From positions 74,958,001-75,022,000 of the forward strand of contig OZ024747.1 of NCBI GenBank assembly GCA_964016885.1: DNA of 64,000 nucleotides, given 5' to 3'. The notes beneath the pieces are model-generated. The model had not been told where the DNA came from. It saw only the letters and a program-made list of their open reading frames with translations, and ran no database searches. Position 1 is the first letter of the stretch. Every line of letters begins with the position of its first letter. The DNA is from Eledone cirrhosa (taxonomy: Eukaryota). Of this stretch, positions 41,013-54,909 are shown in pieces. A program made the position numbers and the translations under genes.

Positions 41013-41099
41013 TTCATATAAATCCCTGCTGTCCCCATCTTTGGCTTGTCCTCTGTGTTCGGCCCTTGTGGCCAATAATAAAGAAATCATTATTATTAT

Positions 41100-41535
41100 T
41101 ACCGTGGTTAACTTTACTATTCATGCTCCTCACAGGGTCAATAAAATAAAGTACCAGTAACACGCTGGGGTCAGTTTAATTGACTTTCCCTCACTAAAAA
41201 TTGTGCCTAAATCAAAAACCATTGTTATTATTACTGAGTGGATTGGCAGAATCAGTAGAGGGTCGGACACCATGCTTTGACGCATAGAGTTACGGCCCTT
41301 GCCATTCTGAGTTCAAATCTCGTCGATGTTAACTTTGCCTTTCATCCTTACGAGGTCTATAAAATAAAGTATCAGTAATGCACTGGGTAATTGTTGGCCT
41401 TGTGCCAAAAGTAGAAACAATTATTATTGAGATTAGCTTTACCTTTCATCCTTACAGGGTCCATAGAATAAAGTACCAGTAATACACTTGGGTTCATTTA
41501 ATCAACTTTCTGTCTAAATTAGAAACTATTATTAT
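41100..41535 (+). mobile_element. Cluster of SINE family A copies
   Basis: Full copy at 41236-41428 plus 3' halves on either side. Confidence 0.72.
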
Positions 41536-42072
41536 TGTCTAGTTATTGTTGAGTTTTGATAGATTTTTAGATCGAAATCTATCAGCATCTTATTCCAGTT
41601 TCTTTAGGATTGAAAATAATTAACAGTATCATAATTAATATATTTAACAGTATCATAATTAGTATAATTAATAATACAGAGTTTACAACACTTCAACATT
41701 TGTATCAATTAACTGTAACTGTTGCTAATTTGATAACTTTATATTAAATATATATTTTAATTCTTTTACTGGTATTTTGCTTAGTTTACATATTCCTTAT
41801 TTTATATTATTATTATTATTATTGTTTTTATTATTACTATTATTGTTGTTGTTGTTATTGTTATTACTATTGTTATTTATAAAAGTTTTTTTTTATTCAT
41901 CATTGAAGTAAGGAAATTTCTGCTTATTGGTGGATAGTTAGAGAGGGGGGGGGGGGCAGAGATAAAGAGATTGATATAAGACAGACAGACAGACACATAT
42001 ATATAATAGCATGACCCCAGCATGGCCTCAGCCAGTCAGCTGGAACATGTAAAAGAGTATATATATATATAT

Positions 42073-42680
42073 GGTGGCTGCCAACTCGTTTTCGAGTATG
42101 GCCACTACTTTATATCCATGTAGGAGAACTCCTACCAATGCGCTGAACGAATGTGACTTTTTAGTCCAGCCAGCGACTTGAAAACTCTGGTACAAACACT
42201 ACACTTGTGACAATTATTGACACATAGTGCTGGGCCCATGGTACCATGTGACGACAAGTGCAGAGAGATCTCCAGATATAAAGCAATGCCTGTGCTGTGA
42301 AGCTTTTATAGCGAGCAAAGGCACTGCACAAAGCCAGTCCCACTCTCTTAACCAAGATGATATTTACCAAAAAGAAGAACAAGTCAACATCATTGGATAC
42401 CATCAGAGTTGCAGGTGTTATATCAGAGTTTTCCTTCTCCTAGAATTCTGCCTTGACAAAGGCTAAGGGGTCATCTCTCCCGGTGATTTTGGATGGCCAT
42501 TGACTCTTAAGAGCTCCTTTGCCCTTTGACAGGTTTTGTTTTTAGTCCTGCAGGATGTCCAAAGTCACCCTCCTCACCAAGAAACCTTGGTGGGGTTGCC
42601 AGTTTAGTCGCCAACGACCCGACCATGGGACAGGTTGTACTGGAATACATGTTACCAGTAGCACCAAGTGGTGACCTGAC
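42073..42680 (-). mobile_element. 608-bp TA-embedded element, full-length copy 4 (inverted)
   Basis: Reverse complement of 9819-10426, with (TA)n on both sides. Confidence 0.88.
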
Positions 42681-42750
42681 ATATATATATATATATACAC
42701 ATACATACACACAACTGGATTTAATTTGAAACCTTAGCTCTCTTCATTTT

Positions 42751-42783
<33 letters not shown>

Positions 42784-42795
42784 AACGTGTGTGTG

Positions 42796-42827
<32 letters not shown>

Positions 42828-43090
42828 AATGGTTTCATTTAGTTGGCATAAGACAGTGATGTTGCTGCAGCTAGTTTCTCTCCTCTACAACTATTATACA
42901 GCATCATATCCTACATATTATGATGTAGCTATATAGTTCATACATTATATATAGAATCAGTAATCCCCCCTATATACTCCATCATATTGCTAGCTATATA
43001 TTTCATATTATCATACTATATCTTGCATTGTACTACCTACTCTTACTCAAGTAGTTTCTATCTATCTATCTAGCTATCTATCTATCTATC

Positions 43091-44318
43091 GCTCGCCAAA
43101 ATGGAGCGCGCCCTCTTCCGATTCCTTTGGAAGAGGCGGGCTCCTTTGGTAAGAAGATCCATCTGCTGCCAACACCCTTCTAACGGAGGGCTGGGGATGC
43201 CGTGGTTGACGATGCGCAAACACGCGCTCAGGCTGCGGCATCTCTACGTATTCCTCACCGGACAACCGGTGTGGGCCCCGTTCGTGAGGCGAGCCTTCCC
43301 ACGACTCGTCTCGCTGACCGAGCTGCAGTCCTGGGTCAAGCAGAGACCGAGGAAAATGGGCGACTGGCACATCGAATGTGCTCAGGCGCTCACAGCCCTC
43401 TGGCAGGCGGACCCGGCGATCAGTGGAGACTCCACTTCGTCATTCTATAGAGGGTTGGTCCGCAGCAAGTGCGACGACGCGCTCGGTGAAACTCTAGGCG
43501 TGGAGGAAGATGAACTGGCCAGTCTGTTCGGTAGGACCTTCCGCCCGGGACCGATGGACAACTTCCAAAAGTCCCTGGCCTGGCAGTGCTACCGAGGAGC
43601 TCTACCAGTTCGAGACAAGCTCTACAGACATGGGCGCCCGGGCAGGGACCCTGCAAAAAAGATCTGTCCGAGGTGCGTGCGAGACGAAGAAACCGTCGCG
43701 CACGCATTCATACACTGCCCGGGCGTCACTGACCTGTGGGGCTATGTAGAACGACTATTGTCGCGGGTGGGACCAATCCAGTTGACCACCGAGTCCATTG
43801 TCATGATCAAACCGCCACCCTCCTTCAAAAACGAAGGAGAGGCGGTTTTCCTTTGTGTGATAGCTATGGCGAAAGAGGTTGTATGGTGGACAAGGTTGAA
43901 AGGGCTGAGGTCAGACACCTTTCTCTCCGGCCAACAACTGATTCTTTTTTTCAAATACCACTTTGGAAGAAGAATCAGGATGGAGAGAGAGGTGCTGTAC
44001 CCCAGCAAGTTTTATGAAAGGTGGGTGAAAGTGGCGAGAATGGCCCGAGTGAATGGGCCTTCTCCCTATATCAGCCTGTAGGTTGAGGAAAAGGAGGAGG
44101 AGAGGAAAGGAGTACAAGCTCTTCGTACTCCTGGAGATGAGGGTTGCACATTTTTTTCGGGGGTCTGTGTTACCCATATAAACTGTCTCCCTCTATTGGG
44201 GAAAATCGACTAACTTTTAAATTCCATCTGTGATAACATTTTACACGTTTTTATTGTATGTAAACTTCCCCCTTTGTATTTGTCCCCTTCTTTTGTGCCC
44301 CTGTGGCTAATAAAGAAA
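43091..44318 (+). mobile_element. Tx1/L1-clade LINE, 5'-truncated; ORF2 C-terminus with zf-RVT CCHC knuckle, open to 44081
   Basis: FRFLW, GGLGMP, W...ALPV and CPRC...ETVAHAFIHC motifs. GC-rich and uninterrupted. 3' end aataaagaaa, (TATC)n on both flanks. Confidence 0.9.
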
Positions 44319-44320
44319 TA

Positions 44321-44392
<72 letters not shown>

Positions 44393-44472
44393 ATCAATCC
44401 AATCAATCAATCAATCTATCTATCTATTTCTCTATCTATTTATCTACCTATCTATCTTCCTACCTATCTATC
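44319..44472. repeat. (TATC)n / GATA microsatellite
   Basis: Directly visible. Confidence 0.95.
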
Positions 44473-44546
44473 TATTGTATGTAAAATCCCCGGCATGTCT
44501 TTGTTTTGTCCCCTTTTCTTGTGCGCCCTTGTGGCTAATAAAGAAA
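44473..44546 (+). mobile_element. Diverged Tx1 3'-end fragment
   Basis: tattgtatgtaaa...gtggctaataaagaaa between tatc repeats. Confidence 0.7.
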
Positions 44547-45060
44547 TATATCTATCTATCCATCCATCCATCCATCCATCTGTCTGTCTGTCTGTCTATA
44601 TCTACATATTTCTTTCTCTCCCTCTCTCACATATGTGTGTGTGTGTGTGTGCGTGCAAGAGAGATTCCATATATTATACAGTCAGTACTACTTCTCTACA
44701 TTGATGCTACATCTCTCTCTCTCCCAGTTCCCCTATCTCTCTCTCTCTCTCTCTCTCTCTTCCTCTCTATATCCAGGCAGTATATAACACTACAGACTAC
44801 TCCCCCCCCATCAGTGTCCCCCCCCTCCCACCACACTGCTGCAGCTACAGTTATATATTTCTCCAAGAGCACCAATAATTATTGTATCGATCTAAATAAT
44901 ATTCATTCACAACAACAACAACAACTGTGTCTGATTTAGGCACAAGGCCAACAATTTTTGGAGAGGTGAAATGTGATTAAATTGACCCCAGTACAATTCT
45001 GGTACTTTATTTTATTGACCCCATAAGGAAATAATAATGATTATTTCTTTTGCTATTATA

Positions 45061-47412
45061 ACCACCAGCACCACAACCACCCTCACCACCACCATCACAG
45101 CCACCAGCATCACCCTCACCTTTACCATCACTACCACAACCACCACCATCACCCTCACCTCTACCATCACTACCACAACCACCACCATCACAGCCACCAC
45201 TACCACAGCCACCAGCATCACCCTCACCCCTACCATCACTACCACAACCATCACCCTCACCACTACCATCACTACCACAACCACTACCATCACTACCACA
45301 ACCACCACCATCACCTTCACCGCTACCACCACTACTACAATTTCCTACATTAGCCCCACTACCACCATCACCACCACCATTACTACCACCACCATCACTA
45401 CAACCACCACCACCATCACTACAACCACCACGACAACCACCACTACCACCATCACTACTACTATCACCAGCACCACCACTACAATCACTACCACTACCAC
45501 CACCATCACCACTAGCACCATCACTACGACTATCACCGCCACCATTACCCCCCCCCCCCACTACCACCACCACTACAACCACCACCACCACCACTACAAC
45601 CACCACCACCACCACTACAACCACCACCACCACCACTACAACCACCACCACCACCACTACAACCACCACCACCACCACTACAACCACCACCACCACCACT
45701 ACAACCACCATAACCACTACAACCACCATAACCACTACAACCAACACCACCACTACAACCACCACCACAACCACCACCACAACCACCACCACCACTACAA
45801 CCACCACCACCACTACAACCACCACCACCACTACAACCACCACCACCACTTTAACCACCACCACCACTACAACCACCACCACCACTACAACCACCACCAC
45901 CACTACCACCACAACCACCACCACCACTACAACCACCACCACCACTACAACCACCACCACCACTACCACCACAACCACCACCATAACCACTACAACCACC
46001 ATAACCACTACAACCAACACCACCACTACAACCACCACCACAACCACCACCACCACTACAACCACCACCACAACCACCACCACAACCACCACCACCACTA
46101 CAACCACCACCACCACTACAACCACCACCACCACTACCACCACAACCACCACCATAACCACTACAACCACCATAACCACTACAACCAACACCACCACTAC
46201 AACCACCACCACAACCACCACCACCACCACAACCACCACCACAACCACCACCACCACCACCACCACTACAACCACCACCACCACCACCACCACCACCACC
46301 ACCACTACTACAACCACCACCATCACTACCACCACCACCACCACCACTACAACCACCACCACCACCACTACCACTACAACCACCACCACCACCACCACTA
46401 CAACCACCACCACCACCACCACCACTACCACCACCACCACCACCACCACTACCACCACCACCACCACCACCACCACCACCACTACAACCACCACCACCAC
46501 CACTACCACTACAACCACCACCACCACCACCACTACAACCACCACCACCACCACCACCACCACCACCACTACAACCACCACCACAACCACCACCACCACC
46601 ACCACCACCACCACCACTACAACCACCACTACAACCACCACCATCAACACCACCACCACCACCACCACTACAACCACCAACACCACCACCACCACCACTA
46701 CCACTACAACCACCACCACCACCACCACTACAACCACCACCACCACCACCACCACCACCACCACTACAACCACCACCACCACCACCACTACAACCACCAC
46801 CATCACTACCACCACCACCACTACAACCACCACCACCACCACCACCACTACAACCACCACCACCACCACCGCTACAACCACCACCACCACCACCACTACA
46901 ACCACCACCACCACTACAACCACCACCACCACTACAACCACCACCATCACTACCACCACCACCACCACCACCACCACTACAACCACCACCACCACCACCA
47001 CTACAACCACCACCACCACCACCACCACCACCACCACCACCACCACTACCACCACCACTACAACCACCACCATCACTACCACCACCACCACCACCACTAC
47101 AACCACCACCACCACTACAACCACCACCACCACTACAACCACCACCACCACTACAACCACCACCACCACCACCACTACAACCACCACCACCACCACCACC
47201 ACCACCACCACCACCACTACCACCACCACTACAACCACCACCATCACTACCACCACCACCACCACCACTACAACCACCACCACCACTACAACCACCACCA
47301 CCACTACAACCACCACCACCACTACAACCACCACCACCACTACAACCACCACCACCACCACCACCACCACCACCACCACCACCACCACCACTACTACTAC
47401 TACTACTACAAC
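45061..47412. repeat. Cryptic (CAC/TAC/AAC)n triplet satellite
   Basis: Directly visible. Source of the poly-His, poly-Val and poly-Gly ORFs. Confidence 0.95.
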
Positions 47413-47779
47413 TCCAGTTGCTGGACCCAATCCTTCCTAACACCTACTTTATCCTCTTCCCTGCTCTCTCTGTCCTGGTTCTTCTGTTTTATTAAACCAC
47501 AGAATTGCTGTGATTATTTTTGGTGCAAAATACAGTAGCAAGCAGACATATTGATTAGTCTTCTTCTCTTACTACATGAAAAACCTTTGATAATTGCTTG
47601 TTTTCTTGGGTTTTCTATGTGTGCATAATGTATACATAATGTATATATAATGTGTGTGTGTGTGTGTATATATATATATACATACACACACACACACACA
47701 CACACAAGGTGCGCGTTGTCAAATCCTCACCTTATTTTATTTCCCAAAACTTTTCACCATCCCTTATACATATACATGC

Positions 47780-47836
<57 letters not shown>

Positions 47837-47902
47837 TATATATATATATATATAAGTAGAAGGGGTATTTAATTTGTTGGAAGTCCAACAAATATAAATA
47901 AA

Positions 47903-49355
47903 TCATCATCATCATCATCATCACCGTTTTACGTCCGTTCTTCCACGCTAGCATGGGTTAGACGGGTTGTCCTGTTGTGGGCAGTGTCTGGTCGGCTGAC
48001 CATGCCTTGCTCATACAGGAACTGATCTGGCTTGATTTCTACAGCTGGATGCCCTTTCTAACACCAACCTCATTTACAGTGAGTGCTGGGTGCTTTTTCG
48101 TGGCGCCTACACGTCCACTTTACAGTGTGGGCTGGGTGCTTTTTTGCCGTGGCACCTCCACGACCACCTTGCGGTGGGGGGGGGGGGGGCATATTGTTTA
48201 TATGCTTCAGCATGTACCCATGGGAGGTCGGGTACCCTGTATTACTGCGTGACGCCAGAAGTCACGGTCGTGTGTCATTGACTTTGAGAGGTGTAGTTGG
48301 GTAAGGTCGGCTTTTATCACCTCATCCCAAGTCATCTTGGGTCTCCCCACTCCGCGGTTTCCATCAACTTCTAGTGCTCTGCACCTTTTTATGCAGCTGT
48401 CATCCTTCATACGCATCACATGTCCATACCAGCGTAACCGCCTCTCCTGCACGCAGCATTTGATTCCTCTTATGCTCAGTCTCTCTCTCAATTCATTTAT
48501 GCTTTGTCGTTCACGTATATTACTGTTACACATCCATCGGAGCATGCAGGCTTCGTTTCTCTCTAATCTACGTAAGTCTTCCACCTTCAGCGCCCAGGTC
48601 TCACTACCATGCAACATTGCTGTTCGGATACACGCATCATACAGTCTGCCTTTCATTCTGAGGGAGAAGCCTTTTGCAGCTAGCAGTGGTAGTAGTTCCC
48701 TAAACTTCTTCCATCCCGTTCTTACCCTAGTTATTGTACTTTCTGAGCACCCACCTCCGTTGCTAATTCGGTCACCTAGGTAGCAGAAGCTGTCTACTGT
48801 TTCTACAGGGCCCTCCCAGAGATTGGTGGTACTTGTTTCCTGTGGCTGTTTGCTTGCTGTTTCAGCACAGCTGCTGCATGTGAATCCTACATTCTTAATT
48901 AAGCTTCCTGAGATCCCGCTACATCTCTTGTGTACCCATTGTTTGCATTTGGGGCAAAGAATGGAGTTCCTACCTACACCTTTCCTACATACTGAGCAAG
49001 GCCATTTCCCTGAGGGGATCTGGGTTCTGTTTTCTCGTCTACTTATAAGGACCTTAGTCTTTGTCATGTTGACTTTGAGGCCCTTTCTCTCTAGTCCCTG
49101 CTTCCAGGTTTGGAATTTATTCTCTAGTTCTACCATAGATTCAGCTATGAGTGCGAGGTCATCAGCATACAGGAGTTCCCATGGGCATCCGGTCTTAAAC
49201 TCCTCCGTTATTGCCTGCGGGACTATGATGAACAGGAGAGGGCTAAGAACAGAGCCCTGGTGGACCCCAACCTGTACGCTAAATTCCTCGCTATACTCAT
49301 TGCCAATCCTAACTTTGCTGACTGCTCCCCTATACATGGCTTGTACCGCTTTCAC
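47903..49355 (-). mobile_element. 5'-truncated RTE family-1a copy with open RT C-terminal frame
   Basis: Near-identical to 20507-21960. GVHQGSVLSPLLF...YADD...PHD-like...RLRWYGHV is open from 49355 to 48207. The first ~57 aa of the listed ORF come from flank. Confidence 0.92.
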
Positions 49356-49654
49356 TGAAAATATCCAGTGAATTTCCAACCGATAAGGTATGATTTTCAT
49401 GGGCATGTTTCTATTTATAAAACAAACTTTGTATTTTATCTGATGAAAGCGTACCAATGTTGTCTTGGTACCCTTGAAATATATATAATAAAATAAATAT
49501 GGTTTTATAAATATAGTTTCCATTTATTTAATATATATATATATACCTTAAAGTACGTGTATTTTTCTGAATATTATTTGCTTTATATATTTGTACAAAA
49601 TATTGTGTTTCTCAAAATATATGACACTTTCTTTCTCTACATATATCTAACTTG

Positions 49655-49733
<79 letters not shown>

Positions 49734-49744
49734 CATGACAAAAA

Positions 49745-50272
49745 GTTCACCTTGTAAGGTGGTCATTTTGGTGTTGCGATAAAAAGGACCCAGTCCACAC
49801 TGTAATGTGGTTGCTGTTAGGAAGGGCATATAGCTATAGAAACCAAACCAAAATACAGATCTGTATGAGCAAGACGTGGTCTCTAGACCTTACTTGTCTC
49901 ATAACCTGACAACCTGTCTAAACCTTGCAAGTGTGAAAGATGGATGTTAAACAATGCTGGTGTATATATATATGTATGTTTGTATATGTGTGTGTATGTA
50001 TATATATATATCATCATCATTATCATCATCATCGTTTAACGTCCATTTTCCATGCTAGCATGAGTCTGGATGGGAATTCTCCCACTTGAGGCAAGATTGG
50101 TTGTCTTGCTCAGGACTGTCTATATATATATATTGTTGGCTTTTGGAAGGGCATCCAGCTGTAGAAACCTCTGTATGAGCAAGACACTGTCACCTGACCC
50201 GACTTGCTTCTAATAGGACAGTCCGTCTAACCCATGCTAGTGTGGAAAATGGACGTTAAACGATGATGATGT
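49745..50272. mobile_element. Three RTE/SINE tail fragments (+ 49745-49962, - 50011-50121, + 50135-50272)
   Basis: ggaagggcat...gtatgagcaagac...gga(c/t)gttaaac motifs separated by TA tracts. Confidence 0.7.
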
Positions 50273-50524
50273 GTATATATGCATGCACGATGGGAGAGTC
50301 CATCATCATACATATATATACATATATAGGCATGTATATTTGTGTTTGTTTATATAAAGAACACACAGACACATTAAAAAATATATATCTGCCACTTCTC
50401 AATAAACAATATATTATTTTATTACCATTGTTTTAATCTATAAAATATACTTCCTGCTACGATATTTATTGATGAGACTGAGCCAGGAACAACTAAGTAA
50501 TTTAAAATAGTAATAATAATAATA

Positions 50525-50730
50525 TTAATGATTTCTAGTATAGGCACAAGGCCAGTAACTTGAAGGGGAGAAGAAAGTTGATCAAATTCAGTTCATTACT
50601 GGTACTTTATTTTATCGACCTCGTAAGGATGAAAGATATTGCTAACCTCGGCGGGATTTGAACACAGAATGTAAAGGGCCGTAACTCTATGCTGCAAAGC
50701 ATGGTGTCTGACACCCTACTGATACTGCCA
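50525..50730 (-). mobile_element. SINE family A copy
   Basis: ctggtactttattttatcgacctcgtaaggatgaaag...cgggatttgaac. Confidence 0.75.
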
Positions 50731-50925
50731 TGATGATAATGGTTTCTGTATCAGGCATAAGACCAACAATTTTGCTAAGTCTTGTGCCTCAATTAGAAAT
50801 CTTTTGAGTTCAAATCCAGCCAAGGTCAACTTTTCCTTTTCATCAGTCTGAGGTCAAGAAAATAAAATACCAGCTAGGTATTAGGTTCGATATTATTGGT
50901 AGTAGTAGTAGTAGTAGCAGCAGTA

Positions 50926-51252
50926 AAGGCAGGTGGCTTAGTGGTTAGAGCGTTGAGCTTACAAACGTAAAGTTGGGAGTTTGAATTCTGGACTGAGCGT
51001 TGTGTTGTTCTTGGGCAAGACACTTTATTTTCATGTTGCTCCAGTTCACTCAGCTGTAGAACTGAGTTGCGACGTCACTGGTGCCAAGCTATTTCAGCCA
51101 TTGCCTTTACCTTGGACAACATCGGTGGTGTGGAGAAGGGAGGAGGCTGGTATACATGGGTGACTACTGGTCTTCCACAAGCACACCTTGTCCAGGATTG
51201 TGCCTCGGAGGGGAGCTTTTCATGTGCAAAACCCATGGTCATTAGTGACCAG
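50926..51252 (+). mobile_element. SINE family B, variant 2
   Basis: B head and CORE-like segment, then body gacgtcactggtgccaagc...ccatggtcattagtgac. Second copy at 61964-62280. Confidence 0.8.
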
Positions 51253-51376
51253 GTATGGGGAAGGGGGGGGGGGGGGGGGGGCTATGATATGTCGGAGTAG
51301 TAGTAATGGGAGTGGATAATCAACTCCAATATTGTGTATAGTTTTAGCTATGAATCAGAAGAACCACCATACAGTG

Positions 51377-51429
<53 letters not shown>

Positions 51430-52057
51430 CACACTCACACTCACTCACACCCACACACACAACATCATCATTTAAACGTCTATCATCCACACACACACCC
51501 ATCCATCCATCCATCCATCCATCCATAGAGACAGACAGACAGTTGAGTAAAACAAAAATAATTCCAATGACACTACAAATATCAAATATACTGCTACTAC
51601 TACTAAGGGTTCCATTATTCCATTCTTAGAGTTCCATGCAATATTTGAGAAATTCTTTTGTTTACTGGATTTACTTTGTGGGGGGGAAAAGTAGCAAAAA
51701 AAAAAAAAATCCCCATCCCCTTAAAATTTGGTTTTCTTGTCTATTTGCCTTTGTTTTCCCCAGAGTTAGAGATTTGGGTGGGGGTGACACATCCACATAC
51801 GCACACAGCCACACACGCACACACACAAATACACACAGTCACACACACAAATACACACACACACATACAGACACAGACACACACAAATACACTCACACAC
51901 ACCAATACTGTATTTTTAATGCCACTATGATTTAGCAATTCAAACATTAGACATGCATAAAAAATGCATTCACTTGGATCAGCTGACCTGAAAAAAAAAT
52001 CGATGATGATGATGAAGGGGGGGGGGGGATCTAATAATAATAATGTTGATGATGATG

Positions 52058-52222
52058 ATTACTACTACTAATACTACTACCACCACCATCATCACTACTA
52101 CTACCACCATCACCACCACCATTACTACTACCACCATCACCACCACCATTACTACTACCACCATCACCACCACTACTACTACCACCACCATCACTACTAC
52201 TACTATCACCACCGCTACTACC

Positions 52223-52254
<32 letters not shown>

Positions 52255-52461
52255 CACCACTCCTACCACCACCACCACCACCACCACTAATACTACTACC
52301 ACCACCAGTACTACCACCACTACTACCACCACCACCACCACCACTACTACTACTACTACCACCACCACTACTTTACTACTACCACCACCACCACTGCTAC
52401 TATTACTACCACCACCACCACCACCACTACTACTACTACTACCACCACCACCAGTACTACC

Positions 52462-52499
<38 letters not shown>

Positions 52500-52526
52500 C
52501 ACTACCATTACTACTACTGCTACTAT
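52058..52526. repeat. (CCA/CTA)n triplet repeat
   Basis: Directly visible. Confidence 0.93.
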
Positions 52527-52721
52527 CTTTTCCTTTCACTGTCCAAAGAATGTAGAGAGGAGGATGACTCACTCACTCCGCAGCAGCAGCAGCAGCAGCA
52601 GCACAGTTGCTTTGGACATTTTCTATTTAAACACTATAACAATATCAATCAACAGCTACCCCCCTCCTCCTCCTGCTACATGGATGGGTTTTTTGATGGG
52701 GGTGGGGTGGACTGTATCCAT

Positions 52722-52910
52722 TATATTTGTTTCTACTTTTGGCACAAGGCCAGCAAATACCAGTACATTACTGGTACTTTATTTTATCGACCCCCGTAAG
52801 GATGAAAGGCAAAGTTAACCTTGGTGGGATTTGAACTCAGAATGGAAAGGGCCGTAACTCTGTGTCAAAGCATGGTGTCCAATGCTCTACCGATACTGCC
52901 AATCCACCGC
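52722..52910 (-). mobile_element. SINE family A copy
   Basis: Reverse complement of the 31806-type copy. Confidence 0.8.
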
Positions 52911-53060
52911 CCCTGGATCAATAATAATGTTGTGCACATTGAGAGTAAAAATTGACTTGCAAAAAATAGCACCTGTCCCTTGTTTTTGTGTGACACACAA
53001 AAACAAGATGGCGTAGGACAGAACAAAGGAGAGGCACAAAAACAAAGAAAAGAATCCCCA

Positions 53061-53101
53061 GTCACTGAAGAGGTCACAATGTGTGACGAAAGAACTTTGA
53101 C
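53061..53101 (+). ncRNA. Minimal type-I hammerhead ribozyme motif (Penelope-like)
   Basis: GTCA-CTGAAGA-G-GTCACA-atg-TGTGAC-GAAA-GAAC-TT-TGAC: 4-bp stem I, 6-bp stem II with one unpaired G, rudimentary stem III. Confidence 0.6.
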
Positions 53102-53346
53102 GATATATGAACAACCGTCCGGTTATGGAACCAACCAACCGGAAATTTATAAATTCTTAAATATATAAATTTAATTTATAATACATTGGAGTGAATGCAA
53201 CTGGTGCATGTGTTTCTTATTGGCAACATGACCCTCCCAAAGTATAACAATATCGGTTTCAACACACGTTTTCAGATAAAGAATCTTGCTAAACAAATTC
53301 AGAAACGAAATATATATATATATATATAAACACACACATATATATA

Positions 53347-53686
53347 TCATCATCATCATCATCACTTTACGTCCGCTTTTCCCTGCTTACAAGGGTGGGA
53401 CGAGAACTGATTCTGGCTTTATTTCTACAGCTGGATGCCCTTCCTAACACCAACCTCATTTACAGTGAGTGCTGGGAGCTTTTTTGCCATGGCACCTCCA
53501 CGAACACTTTGCAGGGGAATGATATGGACCCCAGTCCCTACCATCTCATTTCTACAGCTGAGTAAACTGGAGCAATGTGAAATAAAGTGTCTTGCTCAAG
53601 GAAACAACACATCACCCGGTCTGAGAATTGAACTCACAACCTTTCGATTGCAAGGCCAATGCTCTAACCACTAAGCCATGTGCCTC
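53347..53686 (-). mobile_element. SINE family B, variant 3 (RTE-derived 3' tail)
   Basis: B head, CORE-like segment, then ggaagggcatccagctgtagaaa...aagcggacgtaaa and (tga)n. Inverted partner at 59936-60305. Confidence 0.82.
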
Positions 53687-53917
53687 TCTATATATATATA
53701 CACACACACACACACACATAAAGAGAGAGAGAGAGAGAGAACTAAACAGTACTGTACAAAAGACAGTAATAATGATAATGATATTAATGGCGATTGTGTA
53801 GTTCTTTTCCATTGAAATTATGTATGTCAGATTTCTTGATGTCTCTTTAATTCAGGTCCATCTGTGTTACTATATATATATATATAAACACACATATATA
53901 TATATATATTTATGTGT

Positions 53918-53957
<40 letters not shown>

Positions 53958-54061
53958 TTATTTATATATATATATATATATAAAAATAAACACATATATA
54001 TAGAGTATACATTGAAGCTGAAGCTGCAATGTATGAGCACATCTATATACATGTGTGTGCG

Positions 54062-54095
<34 letters not shown>

Positions 54096-54330
54096 AGCAC
54101 ACATCTATATAGATGTGTGTGCGTAGCCCCATCTATCTGACTGTGGTGTCTTCTCTCTAAATTGTATTATAGTTAGATTGCTATATAGCTTGCTAGCTGC
54201 CCATACTAAGTGGCTATTAGAGAAGAAGAATGCACCATTATTACACATATGTATATATATATACAGGTCTACACATATATATATATAGATATATACAGCT
54301 ACTCACATACACACATGTATACAGCTACTC

Positions 54331-54378
<48 letters not shown>

Positions 54379-54584
54379 CTACTCACCTACACACATATAT
54401 ACAGCTACTCATATATATATATACAGCTACTCACATACACATATATATACAGCTAAACACATACACACATATATACAGCTACTCAGATACATATATATAT
54501 ATATATATATATACATATAGCTACTCACATACATACATATACAGCTATACACATACACACATATACAGCTACACATAAGTTACA

Positions 54585-54656
<72 letters not shown>

Positions 54657-54711
54657 CCACATATGTACATACAGTGTATTGGTTTCGCGTTTACTGGACA
54701 TATTGTTCACT

Positions 54712-54900
54712 AGTGGATTGGCAGTATCGGTAGAGGGTCGGACGCTATGCTTTGAAGCATAGAGTTATGGCCCTTGCCATTCTGAGTTTGAATCCCGCCA
54801 AGGTTAACTTTGCCTTTCATCCTTACGGGGTCGATAAAATAAAGTACCAGTAATGCACTGGGTAATTGCTGGCCTTGTGCCAAAAAGTACAAACAATTAT
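54712..54900 (+). mobile_element. SINE family A copy
   Basis: Full head-to-tail match to 31806-31993. Confidence 0.82.
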
Positions 54901-54909
54901 TTAACATAA

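Noticed and set aside
45007-47538. Poly-His, poly-Val and Gly/Cys-rich ORFs
   Set aside because: Triplet satellite open in several frames on both strands, starting within a SINE fragment.
48207-49523. 438-aa ORF as a host gene
   Set aside because: Truncated RTE RT frame with chance read-through from AT-rich flank.
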